Below are positions 18,401 through 24,301 of a stretch of 42,407 nucleotides of DNA, piece by piece. The translations under genes and the position numbers were made by a program. This DNA comes from Candidatus Uhrbacteria bacterium RIFOXYB12_FULL_58_10 (lineage in GTDB: Bacteria > Patescibacteriota > Patescibacteriia > UBA9934 > GWF2-40-263), in contig CALRGA010000001.1 of NCBI GenBank assembly GCA_943357025.1, positions 1 through 42,407 on the forward strand, written 5' to 3'. The notes under the pieces were generated by a model. It made no database searches. It saw nothing but the letters and a program-made list of their open reading frames with translations, and was not told the origin of the DNA. The stretch's first letter is position 1; the number at the start of each line of letters is the position of its first letter.

Positions 18401-19142
18401 CGTCTTCGAGCATTTCCTCGCCGAGGACCAGGCGCGCCATGGCGATAATCCGAACCCGCTTGGGGACGAGCTGCTCCGCGCGTTTCGATCTGCCTGGGAA
18501 TTGGAAACCGACCGTCAGGACAAACACCCGATTCTCCTTGCGGCGCAGGAGGTTGACCGGCTGAGGGAAGGAATGGAACGGGTAACGTTTGGAAAGGAGA
18601 TAACTGTCTCGCTCGTGGCCGCGGGCGCCGTGCCGCGCGTCTTTGCCGGCGACGTGGCCGACGCGTGTTACACGAGCAAGCACCAGGAGCTCGCCGAGGG
18701 AGAATTTCCCGGCGTGCGGTCGCTCATGTTCGTGACGAACCGAGGCGACGGGAAGGAGCGGATCATGGGCAGCGTCCTATTCGTGGAGGCGATCACGCCG
18801 AGCGGAGAGAAGGTGCTGGTCGTTCGCGCGAACAATCCGCGGCAGAACTTGCTCGGAAAGGTTTCGGCGGACGACCTCGTGGAACAGACGATCCAGGCCG
18901 CGATCCGCGTGGCCGAGCGCGGCGGGTTCGACATGGTTGCCCTGCCGCCGGATTTCGCGGGGCAGAGCTCGAGCAACCGTCCCGAGGTCAGCAAGATCTA
19001 TCGGACGCGGTTTCGAAAGAATCGCCGCGTTCGCCTCGTCGAGAATCCCGACACGACGTTCAACGGCTACAAGGTTTGGGACGACAAGGGCCCGCATGGA
19101 GTGGCGGTCGTCTGGGAAAAGAAAACGGGACGGATCGAGTGA
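15480..19142 (+). CDS. Orphan 1221-aa cytoplasmic protein, mostly alpha-helical, with a C-terminal alpha/beta region of about 190 aa
   Basis: Uninterrupted high-GC3 ORF. The track start is a TTG at 15372, but its first 36 codons are Arg-rich and include the -10 box, so I chose the ATG at 15480 (MAIDIISPEEE...). No TM segment, signal peptide or catalytic motif was recognised by eye. Confidence 0.85.
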   Translation: MAIDIISPEEEAARAANLKKAKVDLFIGKPFWFEDFLRNNGPLSDVDRIHAEALALNGYLFAKEKGGDIETYERLFPFFAEGPSSPEFLRVAKERMRRSLRVGWMENVAEALKDGWIQPEYLASEEAIAFALEFVAKRARDSHADSEVIGMLALPFPASFFESSAVMSMLRGCVGNFIRYRVQDAEKILGRLRGTAFEPSPESIETDAKVGIHQAFCKDKPEVVDAYIRDYGMAGEMPTGAERHKAAEEYLRHENIDGLLEYVRRFGSEGIGQEGSRVHSLDGAIAERAAERDWERIRKVLTVLGISDRQATNRGRGPVAHAVDTLGQNEAFAEAKELARQYKINDQELLQRMGYSIQVAFRQRHDVLANTPEEPTNVARTLLSDVDRVFERFASVFPDIEPERLSQGRRETLTRFLERNSYQNKILPSELAMYDAMFAETGDPEWKRQKEKAIHSKLFEYNLPEFQAAVKSLEGMGVTMDDPAVKTLAWVVGGGLSSMGKKKVAKFMRIHGIGAEAFETPAMRPVVDERARALLRELNFFQLDRLTELTKTDCAERAIATARESRDFDHDRLVNGIRNGDKRTVEIAQRLGLTADDFPGSLPPSFVTGALPESLRPVLGRDAWAPAYKRMLNLQGRSSRAMYDPWVTDFDPLVDRLAKAGMIDREKAEDGEIVLEFVRQFGMTSAPMLAETFVELRRGKKFAELSEAQRRRLTETIGKRVERMTNEQLVNEMKLTRARLVGELLNDEIPRGLSTELGLEMLSSMTGVSMWTRPEDSPAELVATLRETLSDPVRRAALMPPDAYFDRRDPARTSGMALTVREARRSPAPPESREVASRQIDELLAERPEAPTSAGRFYLALKEACSVATEDAEPASEALRNLFLGKSCSEDIPDINRDSAMRKDALEWMSRQIRELAVRGAVISKEDWLALSVVLLQSSGKDSSWAREIIQISREEASLTADSLERLSEALRLFVFEHFLAEDQARHGDNPNPLGDELLRAFRSAWELETDRQDKHPILLAAQEVDRLREGMERVTFGKEITVSLVAAGAVPRVFAGDVADACYTSKHQELAEGEFPGVRSLMFVTNRGDGKERIMGSVLFVEAITPSGEKVLVVRANNPRQNLLGKVSADDLVEQTIQAAIRVAERGGFDMVALPPDFAGQSSSNRPEVSKIYRTRFRKNRRVRLVENPDTTFNGYKVWDDKGPHGVAVVWEKKTGRIE

Positions 19143-19153
19143 TCCGTCCCGTT
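19124..19153. terminator. Bidirectional terminator hairpin between convergent genes
   Basis: AACGGGACGGATC-gagt-GATCCGTCCCGTT forms a 13-bp stem overlapping the stop at 19142. An A-run precedes it and a T-rich tail follows. Confidence 0.7.
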
Positions 19154-19186
19154 TCGTTTCGATGACGCGCAGGATGAATCCTGCGG

Positions 19187-19960
19187 TTACTTCAGCAGCG
19201 CGTCGATGGCGGCCTTCACGGCCGCGGCCGGCTGGGCGCCCTTGATGATGGTGGCCGTATCCGTCCCCTTCGCGTTGGTCTTGAAGATGAACGAGCCCGG
19301 GGTTCCGTTCACGCCGGCGGCGGCTCCTCCGGCGGACATCTTGTTGACGAGATCGGTGATCGCCTTGTCGGCCTGGCACGCGGAGAACTTGTTCGCGTCG
19401 AGTCCGAGGTCGCCGGCGAGCTTCTTGTAGAGGTCGGCTCCGAGCGAGGACTGGTTCTCGATCAGCTTGTCGCCATATTCCCAGAACTTGCCCTGCGCGG
19501 CCGCGCATTCGGAGGCGACGGCGGCGCTCACGGCCTCGTCATGGAACGAGAGCGGGAGGTGGCGATAAACCCAGCGGACCTTTCCCTTGTAGTCGGTCAT
19601 GATCTGCTTCATCGTCCCGTGGAAGCGCTCGCAGAACGGGCATTGGAAGTCCGAGTACTCGACGATGGTCACGGCGGCATTCGCGTCGCCCTGGATGTGG
19701 TCGACCTTGGCGTCCACGGCCGGGACCTTGGAGACGGCGATGGTCGTGGCGTCCGGGGCCGCGGCTGGCGCGGCGGCGGACGGGGCGGCTACGGCCGCGG
19801 CGGCTGGCGCGGATCCGATCGAGATCGGGCAGCTGCCCTTCAGCGTGCAGGATCCGAGGACAATGAATCCGAGCGTGCCGATGGAGAGGACCGCCGTGAC
19901 GAATCCGAGCCAGAAGGCGGAGCGAGGGGGCATGGAGTCAACGAAGGTTTTGGATTCCAT
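19187..19960 (-). CDS. DsbA-family thiol:disulfide oxidoreductase, membrane-anchored
   Basis: N-terminal TM segment AFWLGFVTAVLSIGTLGFIVL, an Ala-rich linker and a thioredoxin-fold active site YSDFQCPFCERFH. The track N-terminal extension has low GC3, so I chose the ATG at 19960. Confidence 0.88.
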   Translation of the reverse strand: MESKTFVDSMPPRSAFWLGFVTAVLSIGTLGFIVLGSCTLKGSCPISIGSAPAAAAVAAPSAAAPAAAPDATTIAVSKVPAVDAKVDHIQGDANAAVTIVEYSDFQCPFCERFHGTMKQIMTDYKGKVRWVYRHLPLSFHDEAVSAAVASECAAAQGKFWEYGDKLIENQSSLGADLYKKLAGDLGLDANKFSACQADKAITDLVNKMSAGGAAAGVNGTPGSFIFKTNAKGTDTATIIKGAQPAAAVKAAIDALLK

Positions 19961-20041
19961 AATGAAAGTGAGTTTGTGAAACAGTGGACGAGGGGATACC
20001 AATCTACGTATCCGCTACGGAACTACCTATGTTACGGATTG

Positions 20042-20383
20042 CTACGGATCTCGCGTCGCACAGAGATACGGGAGAAACAGTCGTCGATAGAAAGGAAGCG
20101 TTTGTCTCGGTCCCGCTCTCGACCTTCGCCTTGCGTCCGCGTAATCCGTCTTTGGGACCGCGACGACCGCGAGGGTAATCGCGACGAGGAAGAGGAGGAT
20201 GCGGGCGAGCGTTGGGATATCCACAAGGGTCGACGGGGTGGGGAGTAACGGTTCAAGGCGGGCTTCCGCGCAGGAACCGCCGTCCGTCGGTGCGATCAGG
20301 CCGGATTGGCAGCCTGAAACGATGGCGACGAACAGTGTCGCCGCGACCATCGTGCCGATGAGGAGGCGCGTGATCCAGTCCAT
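20042..20383 (-). CDS. Small putative lipoprotein/membrane protein (113 aa)
   Basis: MDWITRLLIGTMVAATLFVAIVSGC carries a lipobox-like VSGC, and there is a second hydrophobic helix. GC3 is high. It sits directly upstream of the DsbA-like gene. Confidence 0.6.
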   Translation of the reverse strand: MDWITRLLIGTMVAATLFVAIVSGCQSGLIAPTDGGSCAEARLEPLLPTPSTLVDIPTLARILLFLVAITLAVVAVPKTDYADARRRSRAGPRQTLPFYRRLFLPYLCATRDP

Positions 20384-20420
20384 AGCTGCGCCATGGTAAC
20401 ACAGGTATACTGTGGATGCT

Positions 20421-21371
20421 ATGTCCTCCTTCGACAAACTGATCACCGACTTTTTGGAATATCTCGAGGTCGACCGCGGGCGTTCCCCGCGGACGATTCG
20501 GAATTATGATTTTTATCTGCGGCGGTTCTCGGAATGGGCCAAGCACCCGAAGCCGGCCGACGTGACGCGCGAGATGATCCACAAGTATCGGCTGTACCTG
20601 AACCGCGAGGTGCCGGGGCGCGACGAGGCGCTCATCAAGAAGTCCACGCAGAACTATCATCTCATCGCCCTTCGGTCATTCCTCAAATATCTGTCGCGTC
20701 ACGACATCAAGTCGCTTCCGGCCGACCATATCGAGCTGATGAAGTCATCGTCGCGCATCGTTTCCTTTTTAGAGCCAGACGAACTCGCCAGAATCCTGGC
20801 CGTCCCGGGCCGCGAGAGCACTGGCATGATCGCCCTGCGCGACACGGCGATCCTCGAACTGCTGTTTGCGACCGGGATGCGCGTCTCCGAGCTCGCGAAC
20901 CTCCGTATCGACGGGATCGCCCTGAAGCGCGACGAGTTCACGGTCCGCGGCAAGGGCGACAAGGCGCGCGTTGTCTTCCTTTCCGCCGCCGCGAAGGACG
21001 CGATAAAGGCGTATCTCGCGAAACGACGGGACGCGTCCCCGTTTCTGTTCGTGAGTCACGATCGAGCCAAGGCGGGACGCGAGGAGACGGGTCCGCTGAC
21101 CCCGCGGTCGATCCAGCGCATGGTCGAGCGATACGCCCGGTCGGCTGGAATCACCAAGCGCATCACGCCGCATACGCTGCGGCATACCTTCGCGACGGAC
21201 TTGCTGATGAACGGCGCGGACATCCGCAGCGTCCAGTCGATGCTCGGCCACGCCTCCATCACGACGACGCAGATTTACACGCACGTGACGAATGAGCATC
21301 TGAAGGACGTGCACAAGCGGTTTCATGGGAAGAAGGAGGCGGAAGAGGATGTTGAGACGGCCGACGGTTGA
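20421..21371 (+). CDS. xerC: Tyrosine recombinase, XerC/XerD family
   Basis: SAM-like N-domain (FLEYLEVDRGRSPRTIRNY), LLFATGMRVSELANL and HTLRHTFATDLLMNGADIRSVQSMLGHASITTTQIYTHV. TATACT (20406-20411) lies 9 nt upstream of the ATG at 20421. The track start is a GTG at 20412. Confidence 0.92.
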   Translation: MSSFDKLITDFLEYLEVDRGRSPRTIRNYDFYLRRFSEWAKHPKPADVTREMIHKYRLYLNREVPGRDEALIKKSTQNYHLIALRSFLKYLSRHDIKSLPADHIELMKSSSRIVSFLEPDELARILAVPGRESTGMIALRDTAILELLFATGMRVSELANLRIDGIALKRDEFTVRGKGDKARVVFLSAAAKDAIKAYLAKRRDASPFLFVSHDRAKAGREETGPLTPRSIQRMVERYARSAGITKRITPHTLRHTFATDLLMNGADIRSVQSMLGHASITTTQIYTHVTNEHLKDVHKRFHGKKEAEEDVETADG

Positions 21372-21420
21372 AAGAACCGCGCATTTCCGCTAGGATTGTG
21401 CGGAACGATCGCAACGTCGT

Positions 21421-21497
21421 GCTCCTGTAGCTCAATTGGATAGAGCGAGAGCGTTCTAAGCTCCAGGTTGCAGGTTCGAGTCCTGCCGGGAGCACCA
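21421..21497 (+). tRNA. tRNA-Arg (anticodon TCT), CCA encoded
   Basis: Cloverleaf folded by hand: acceptor GCTCCTG/CGGGAGC, D arm GCTC-AATTGGATA-GAGC, anticodon loop GTTCTAA, T arm GCAGG-TTCGAGT-CCTGC, then ACCA. Confidence 0.93.
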
Positions 21498-21524
21498 CGA
21501 TTCGATCGTTTCAAAAAAATTCTT

Positions 21525-22157
21525 ATGACCGATACCAACCGCGCGCTGCTTGCTATTCTTTCCGTCCTCGCCGCGCTCTGCGTCCTAAGCGTCGCCGTCT
21601 TCGCGATTCGCAATCGGTCGAATCCGTCCGTTTCGATCGGGACGGACGCGGTCGCAGCGCCGTACTCGATCGTCGTTCCGACAGACTGGAAGACGACCGC
21701 TTCGACGGACTCGACGCGCGACGAGATGGGGGCGAGGACGTACGAGTGGATCGCGAGTCCTGACGCGAACGGTGCGAACGTCGCGGTAAAGGACGCGTTG
21801 AAGGACGGGAAGACATTCGAGGAAATCGCGAACGGATTTGTCTGGACGAACGACGACGTCGGAGAGATCGTCGCGTTCATGAAGGAGGAGACGGGCGACC
21901 TGTACAAGGACTTTTCCGAAAAGGACATTCTGATCTCGTCCGGCGCGGACACGATCAACGGAGCGAAAGCCGTTCGCGCGATCCGGCAGTGCCAGAAGCC
22001 GTGCTACGTGGAAGGCGGCGCGGCCACGACGGTGCGCTACATCGTCGACGCGCCCGACCGAGTATTCGTCCTCGAAGTCACGACCGGGACGGGTACGATG
22101 ACGGCGGATTTGCTGAACGCGGCGGACGCGGCGGTGAGGACGTTCAAGGCGGAGTAG
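21525..22157 (+). CDS. Hypothetical membrane-anchored protein (210 aa)
   Basis: MTDTNRALLAILSVLAALCVLSVAVFAI anchor followed by a mixed alpha/beta ectodomain. The track start at 21468 lies inside the tRNA, so I chose the ATG at 21525. Confidence 0.75.
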   Translation: MTDTNRALLAILSVLAALCVLSVAVFAIRNRSNPSVSIGTDAVAAPYSIVVPTDWKTTASTDSTRDEMGARTYEWIASPDANGANVAVKDALKDGKTFEEIANGFVWTNDDVGEIVAFMKEETGDLYKDFSEKDILISSGADTINGAKAVRAIRQCQKPCYVEGGAATTVRYIVDAPDRVFVLEVTTGTGTMTADLLNAADAAVRTFKAE

Positions 22158-22162
22158 GAAAA

Positions 22163-22192
22163 ACACGACCCGCGCGGGTCGTGTTTGATTTT
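22163..22192. terminator. Bidirectional terminator between convergent genes
   Basis: ACACGACCC-gcgc-GGGTCGTGT followed by TTTGATTTT. Confidence 0.7.
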
Positions 22193-22788
22193 CAATTCGT
22201 CTTAAACGCTGATCCGCTTATTCGCTTAAGCATCGAGAGCGTCAGCTTGACCGACGGGTTTGAAGTATTCATCATCGTGACGCGACCGTCGAATCGTGCC
22301 AACAGCGGCGTAAGGAACTCGTCTCCCCAGGACGGGGCGAACGAGTGGACACCGTCGAGAGTGTCGGCAGAAAGGCCGCGTACGCTTCCTTGCCAGACGA
22401 GCGGGAATAAGCACGTTGCCAAATTTTTCGATGCGAATGATCCTTTGATCGGCGAACGCGACGGCTTGATGGTGAATTCCGTCTTTCCGTAGTCGATATC
22501 GAAAATCGCGTCGCCCGACTGGAACATGATGCTTCCGCCGGCGAGCAGCCCGCGATCGACCTTTGGTTTAACGAATCGGACCCCGCCGACGACGCGTTCG
22601 ATCGGACGGCTCGGGAAACGGGCTTGTCCGTGGCGAAATGCCGCAGAGAACAGCCGTCGGGACGGAACGCCGCAATTCTTTGCATCGCGCGAACTGCGTA
22701 GGAAGCGAAGGAACTGAGGTCGATCTCCGCCGAGCCGGGCGTTCGGACGCACCACGAGGAATAGGCGCGCCTCATGGGATTTCCTCAT
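22192..22788 (-). CDS. Hypothetical protein (up to 198 aa), no family recognised
   Basis: GC3 is moderately high throughout. The C-terminal half is protein-like (MFQSGDAIFDIDYGKTEFTIKP...LFPLVWQGS...), while the N-terminus is Arg-rich. The start is uncertain; an alternative GTG lies near 22755. Confidence 0.55.
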   Translation of the reverse strand: MRKSHEARLFLVVRPNARLGGDRPQFLRFLRSSRDAKNCGVPSRRLFSAAFRHGQARFPSRPIERVVGGVRFVKPKVDRGLLAGGSIMFQSGDAIFDIDYGKTEFTIKPSRSPIKGSFASKNLATCLFPLVWQGSVRGLSADTLDGVHSFAPSWGDEFLTPLLARFDGRVTMMNTSNPSVKLTLSMLKRISGSAFKTN

Positions 22789-23061
22789 ACGGCCATCGAC
22801 ACGTTCCTTGGCCGCACGCCGAAGCTATCCTGGGCGGATGGTCCGTCGGAGCCGCGCGACAAATCGGTGTTCTTCGACATGATGCATTCGAAGGGTCACT
22901 GGGAGGAGGAGCTGGCGCTTCGTAGGAAACGATGCGAGATGATCAGGAAATACGCGCAAAATTGTATGAAAGTATTTCGAAAAGACGGTCGGCATAAAAC
23001 GAAAGAACCTCCGTTGGGAGGTTCTATCGTGGGGTGCCTAGAGAGAATTGAACTCTCGTAG
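22774..23061 (+). CDS. Possible small protein (95 aa); doubtful
   Basis: The first 50 or so codons have high GC3 (MGFPHTAIDTFLGRTPKLSWADGPSEPRDKSVFFDMMHSKGHWEEE...). However, its 5' end overlaps the divergent ORF, and its 3' end runs through a terminator hairpin into tRNA-His. Confidence 0.25.
   Translation: MGFPHTAIDTFLGRTPKLSWADGPSEPRDKSVFFDMMHSKGHWEEELALRRKRCEMIRKYAQNCMKVFRKDGRHKTKEPPLGGSIVGCLERIELS
22995..23025 (-). terminator. Terminator after tRNA-His
   Basis: On the minus strand: AGAACCUCC-caac-GGAGGUUCU followed by UUCGUUUUAU. Confidence 0.55.
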
Positions 23062-23105
23062 CCGGGACCACAACCCGGTGCACTAACCACTGTGCTATAG
23101 GCACC
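23030..23105 (-). tRNA. tRNA-His (anticodon GTG) with genomically encoded G-1 and CCA
   Basis: Reverse complement: G-GTGCCTA-TA-GCAC-AGTGGTTA-GTGC-A-CCGGG-TTGTGGT-CCCGG-CTAC-GAGAG-TTCAATT-CTCTC-TAGGCAC-C-CCA. Confidence 0.93.
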
Positions 23106-23173
23106 ATGTTTTCAGTGCCGGAAGTTTACGATTTTTGGGCGAGATTGTCAATTTGTTTAGGTTCTCCCCTAGG

Positions 23174-23202
23174 TTGCCATCCTCCCATTCCTCGGGTAGG
23201 AT
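23174..23202 (+). promoter_or_regulatory. Predicted promoter (leaderless layout) of the GerMN lipoprotein gene
   Basis: TTGCCA (23174-23179), 17 nt, TAGGAT (23197-23202), then 9 nt to the ATG at 23212. Confidence 0.55.
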
Positions 23203-23211
23203 GTCCGAACT

Positions 23212-24216
23212 ATGAAGAATCTTATCCCGCTTTTCCTGGCAATTCTGTTCATTGGGGCCGGATGCGTGTTTCAAAAGCCGGAATTGGCCGTGGATTCTGG
23301 CGAGGCCATCGCGACGCCGCGGGTCGAAACGTTTTTTGCCGTCGTGACGGCGTTTGATGATGCGGCGAAGGTCGCGACGGTCCGTCTTGCGGACGGCAGC
23401 TCGGAACAGGCGCAGGCCGGGGCCGTGTCGACGATGGACGCGTCGTCCGTCGGAAATCTCTTCTCGCTGGAGGGAACGCGCGACCCGTCGACGCGAATCG
23501 TCGATCTTTCTTCCGCGACGAAGCGCGAACAGAACTTGCTCGTCGTTTCCCCCGAGCCGAAGTCGACCGTCACTTCCCCGCTCATCGTGACCGGGTTCGG
23601 CCGCACGTTCGAGCAGACGTTCGGATGGAGGATCAAGGATTCCGAGGGAACCGTCGTCGCGATCGGATTCGACATGACGGACGCGGCCGACATCGGACAG
23701 TTCGGCCCGTTCTCATTCGAGGTGTTCCTTCCCGCGCTCACGTCGCAATCGTTCACGCTCCAGGTGTTCGAGTCGTCGGCGAAGGACGGATCCGACCAGA
23801 GCGTCGTGACCGTGGCGCTCAATCTCCTGTCGCTGAAGACGACAAGCGTGAGCGTTTACTTCCGCGACACGACGAAGGCATCGAGGGACTGTTCCGCCGC
23901 GTATCCCGTGATGCGGACGATGGCCGAGACGTCCGCGGTCGGGCGAGCCTCGATCTACGAACTGCTGAAGGGGCCGTCGGCCGACGAAAAGAAACTTGGA
24001 TTCCTGAGCCAGATCCCGGCGGGCGTTACGCTCAGCTCGCTCGTCATCTCGAACGGCGTCGCGAAGGCCGATTTCTCCGCCGCGCTGAAGCCGACGCGAT
24101 ACCCGTGCGTCGACGGCGCGACGGCCAGGCAGATTTCGCAGACCCTCGAGCAGTTCGACTTGGTAGACTCGGCCGAGATCACCGTCGCGGGCGCTCCGTT
24201 CGTCGCATCGAAATAA
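23212..24216 (+). CDS. Lipoprotein with a Gmad2 Ig-like domain and a GerMN domain
   Basis: Lipobox LFIGAGC. Gmad2-like region SPLIVTGFGRTFEQTFGWRIKDSEGTVVA...FGPFSFEV. GerMN-like region VSVYFRD...YPVMR...ASIYELLKGPSADEKKLGFLSQIPAGV. Confidence 0.88.
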   Translation: MKNLIPLFLAILFIGAGCVFQKPELAVDSGEAIATPRVETFFAVVTAFDDAAKVATVRLADGSSEQAQAGAVSTMDASSVGNLFSLEGTRDPSTRIVDLSSATKREQNLLVVSPEPKSTVTSPLIVTGFGRTFEQTFGWRIKDSEGTVVAIGFDMTDAADIGQFGPFSFEVFLPALTSQSFTLQVFESSAKDGSDQSVVTVALNLLSLKTTSVSVYFRDTTKASRDCSAAYPVMRTMAETSAVGRASIYELLKGPSADEKKLGFLSQIPAGVTLSSLVISNGVAKADFSAALKPTRYPCVDGATARQISQTLEQFDLVDSAEITVAGAPFVASK

Positions 24217-24222
24217 GATTTT

Positions 24223-24255
24223 CCCCGCGGTCGATTGGTCGCGGGGATTTTGTTT
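24223..24255 (+). terminator. Rho-independent terminator
   Basis: CCCCGCG...CGCGGGG stem followed by ATTTTGTTT. Confidence 0.7.
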
Positions 24256-24263
24256 GGGAAGCA

Positions 24264-24292
24264 TGGACGCGGGACGATTTTTTGCGTAAGCT
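24264..24292 (+). promoter_or_regulatory. Predicted promoter (leaderless layout) of polA
   Basis: TGGACG (24264-24269), 17 nt, TAAGCT (24287-24292), then 9 nt to the ATG at 24302. Confidence 0.45.
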
Positions 24293-24301
24293 GTCGATAT
24301 T

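Noticed and set aside
20421-21497. A tyrosine recombinase immediately followed by a tRNA gene could mark an integrative element.
   Set aside because: The recombinase has the full housekeeping XerC/XerD pattern. It lies 5' of the tRNA on the same strand, not next to the tRNA 3' end. I found no direct repeat of the tRNA-Arg 3' half downstream up to tRNA-His.
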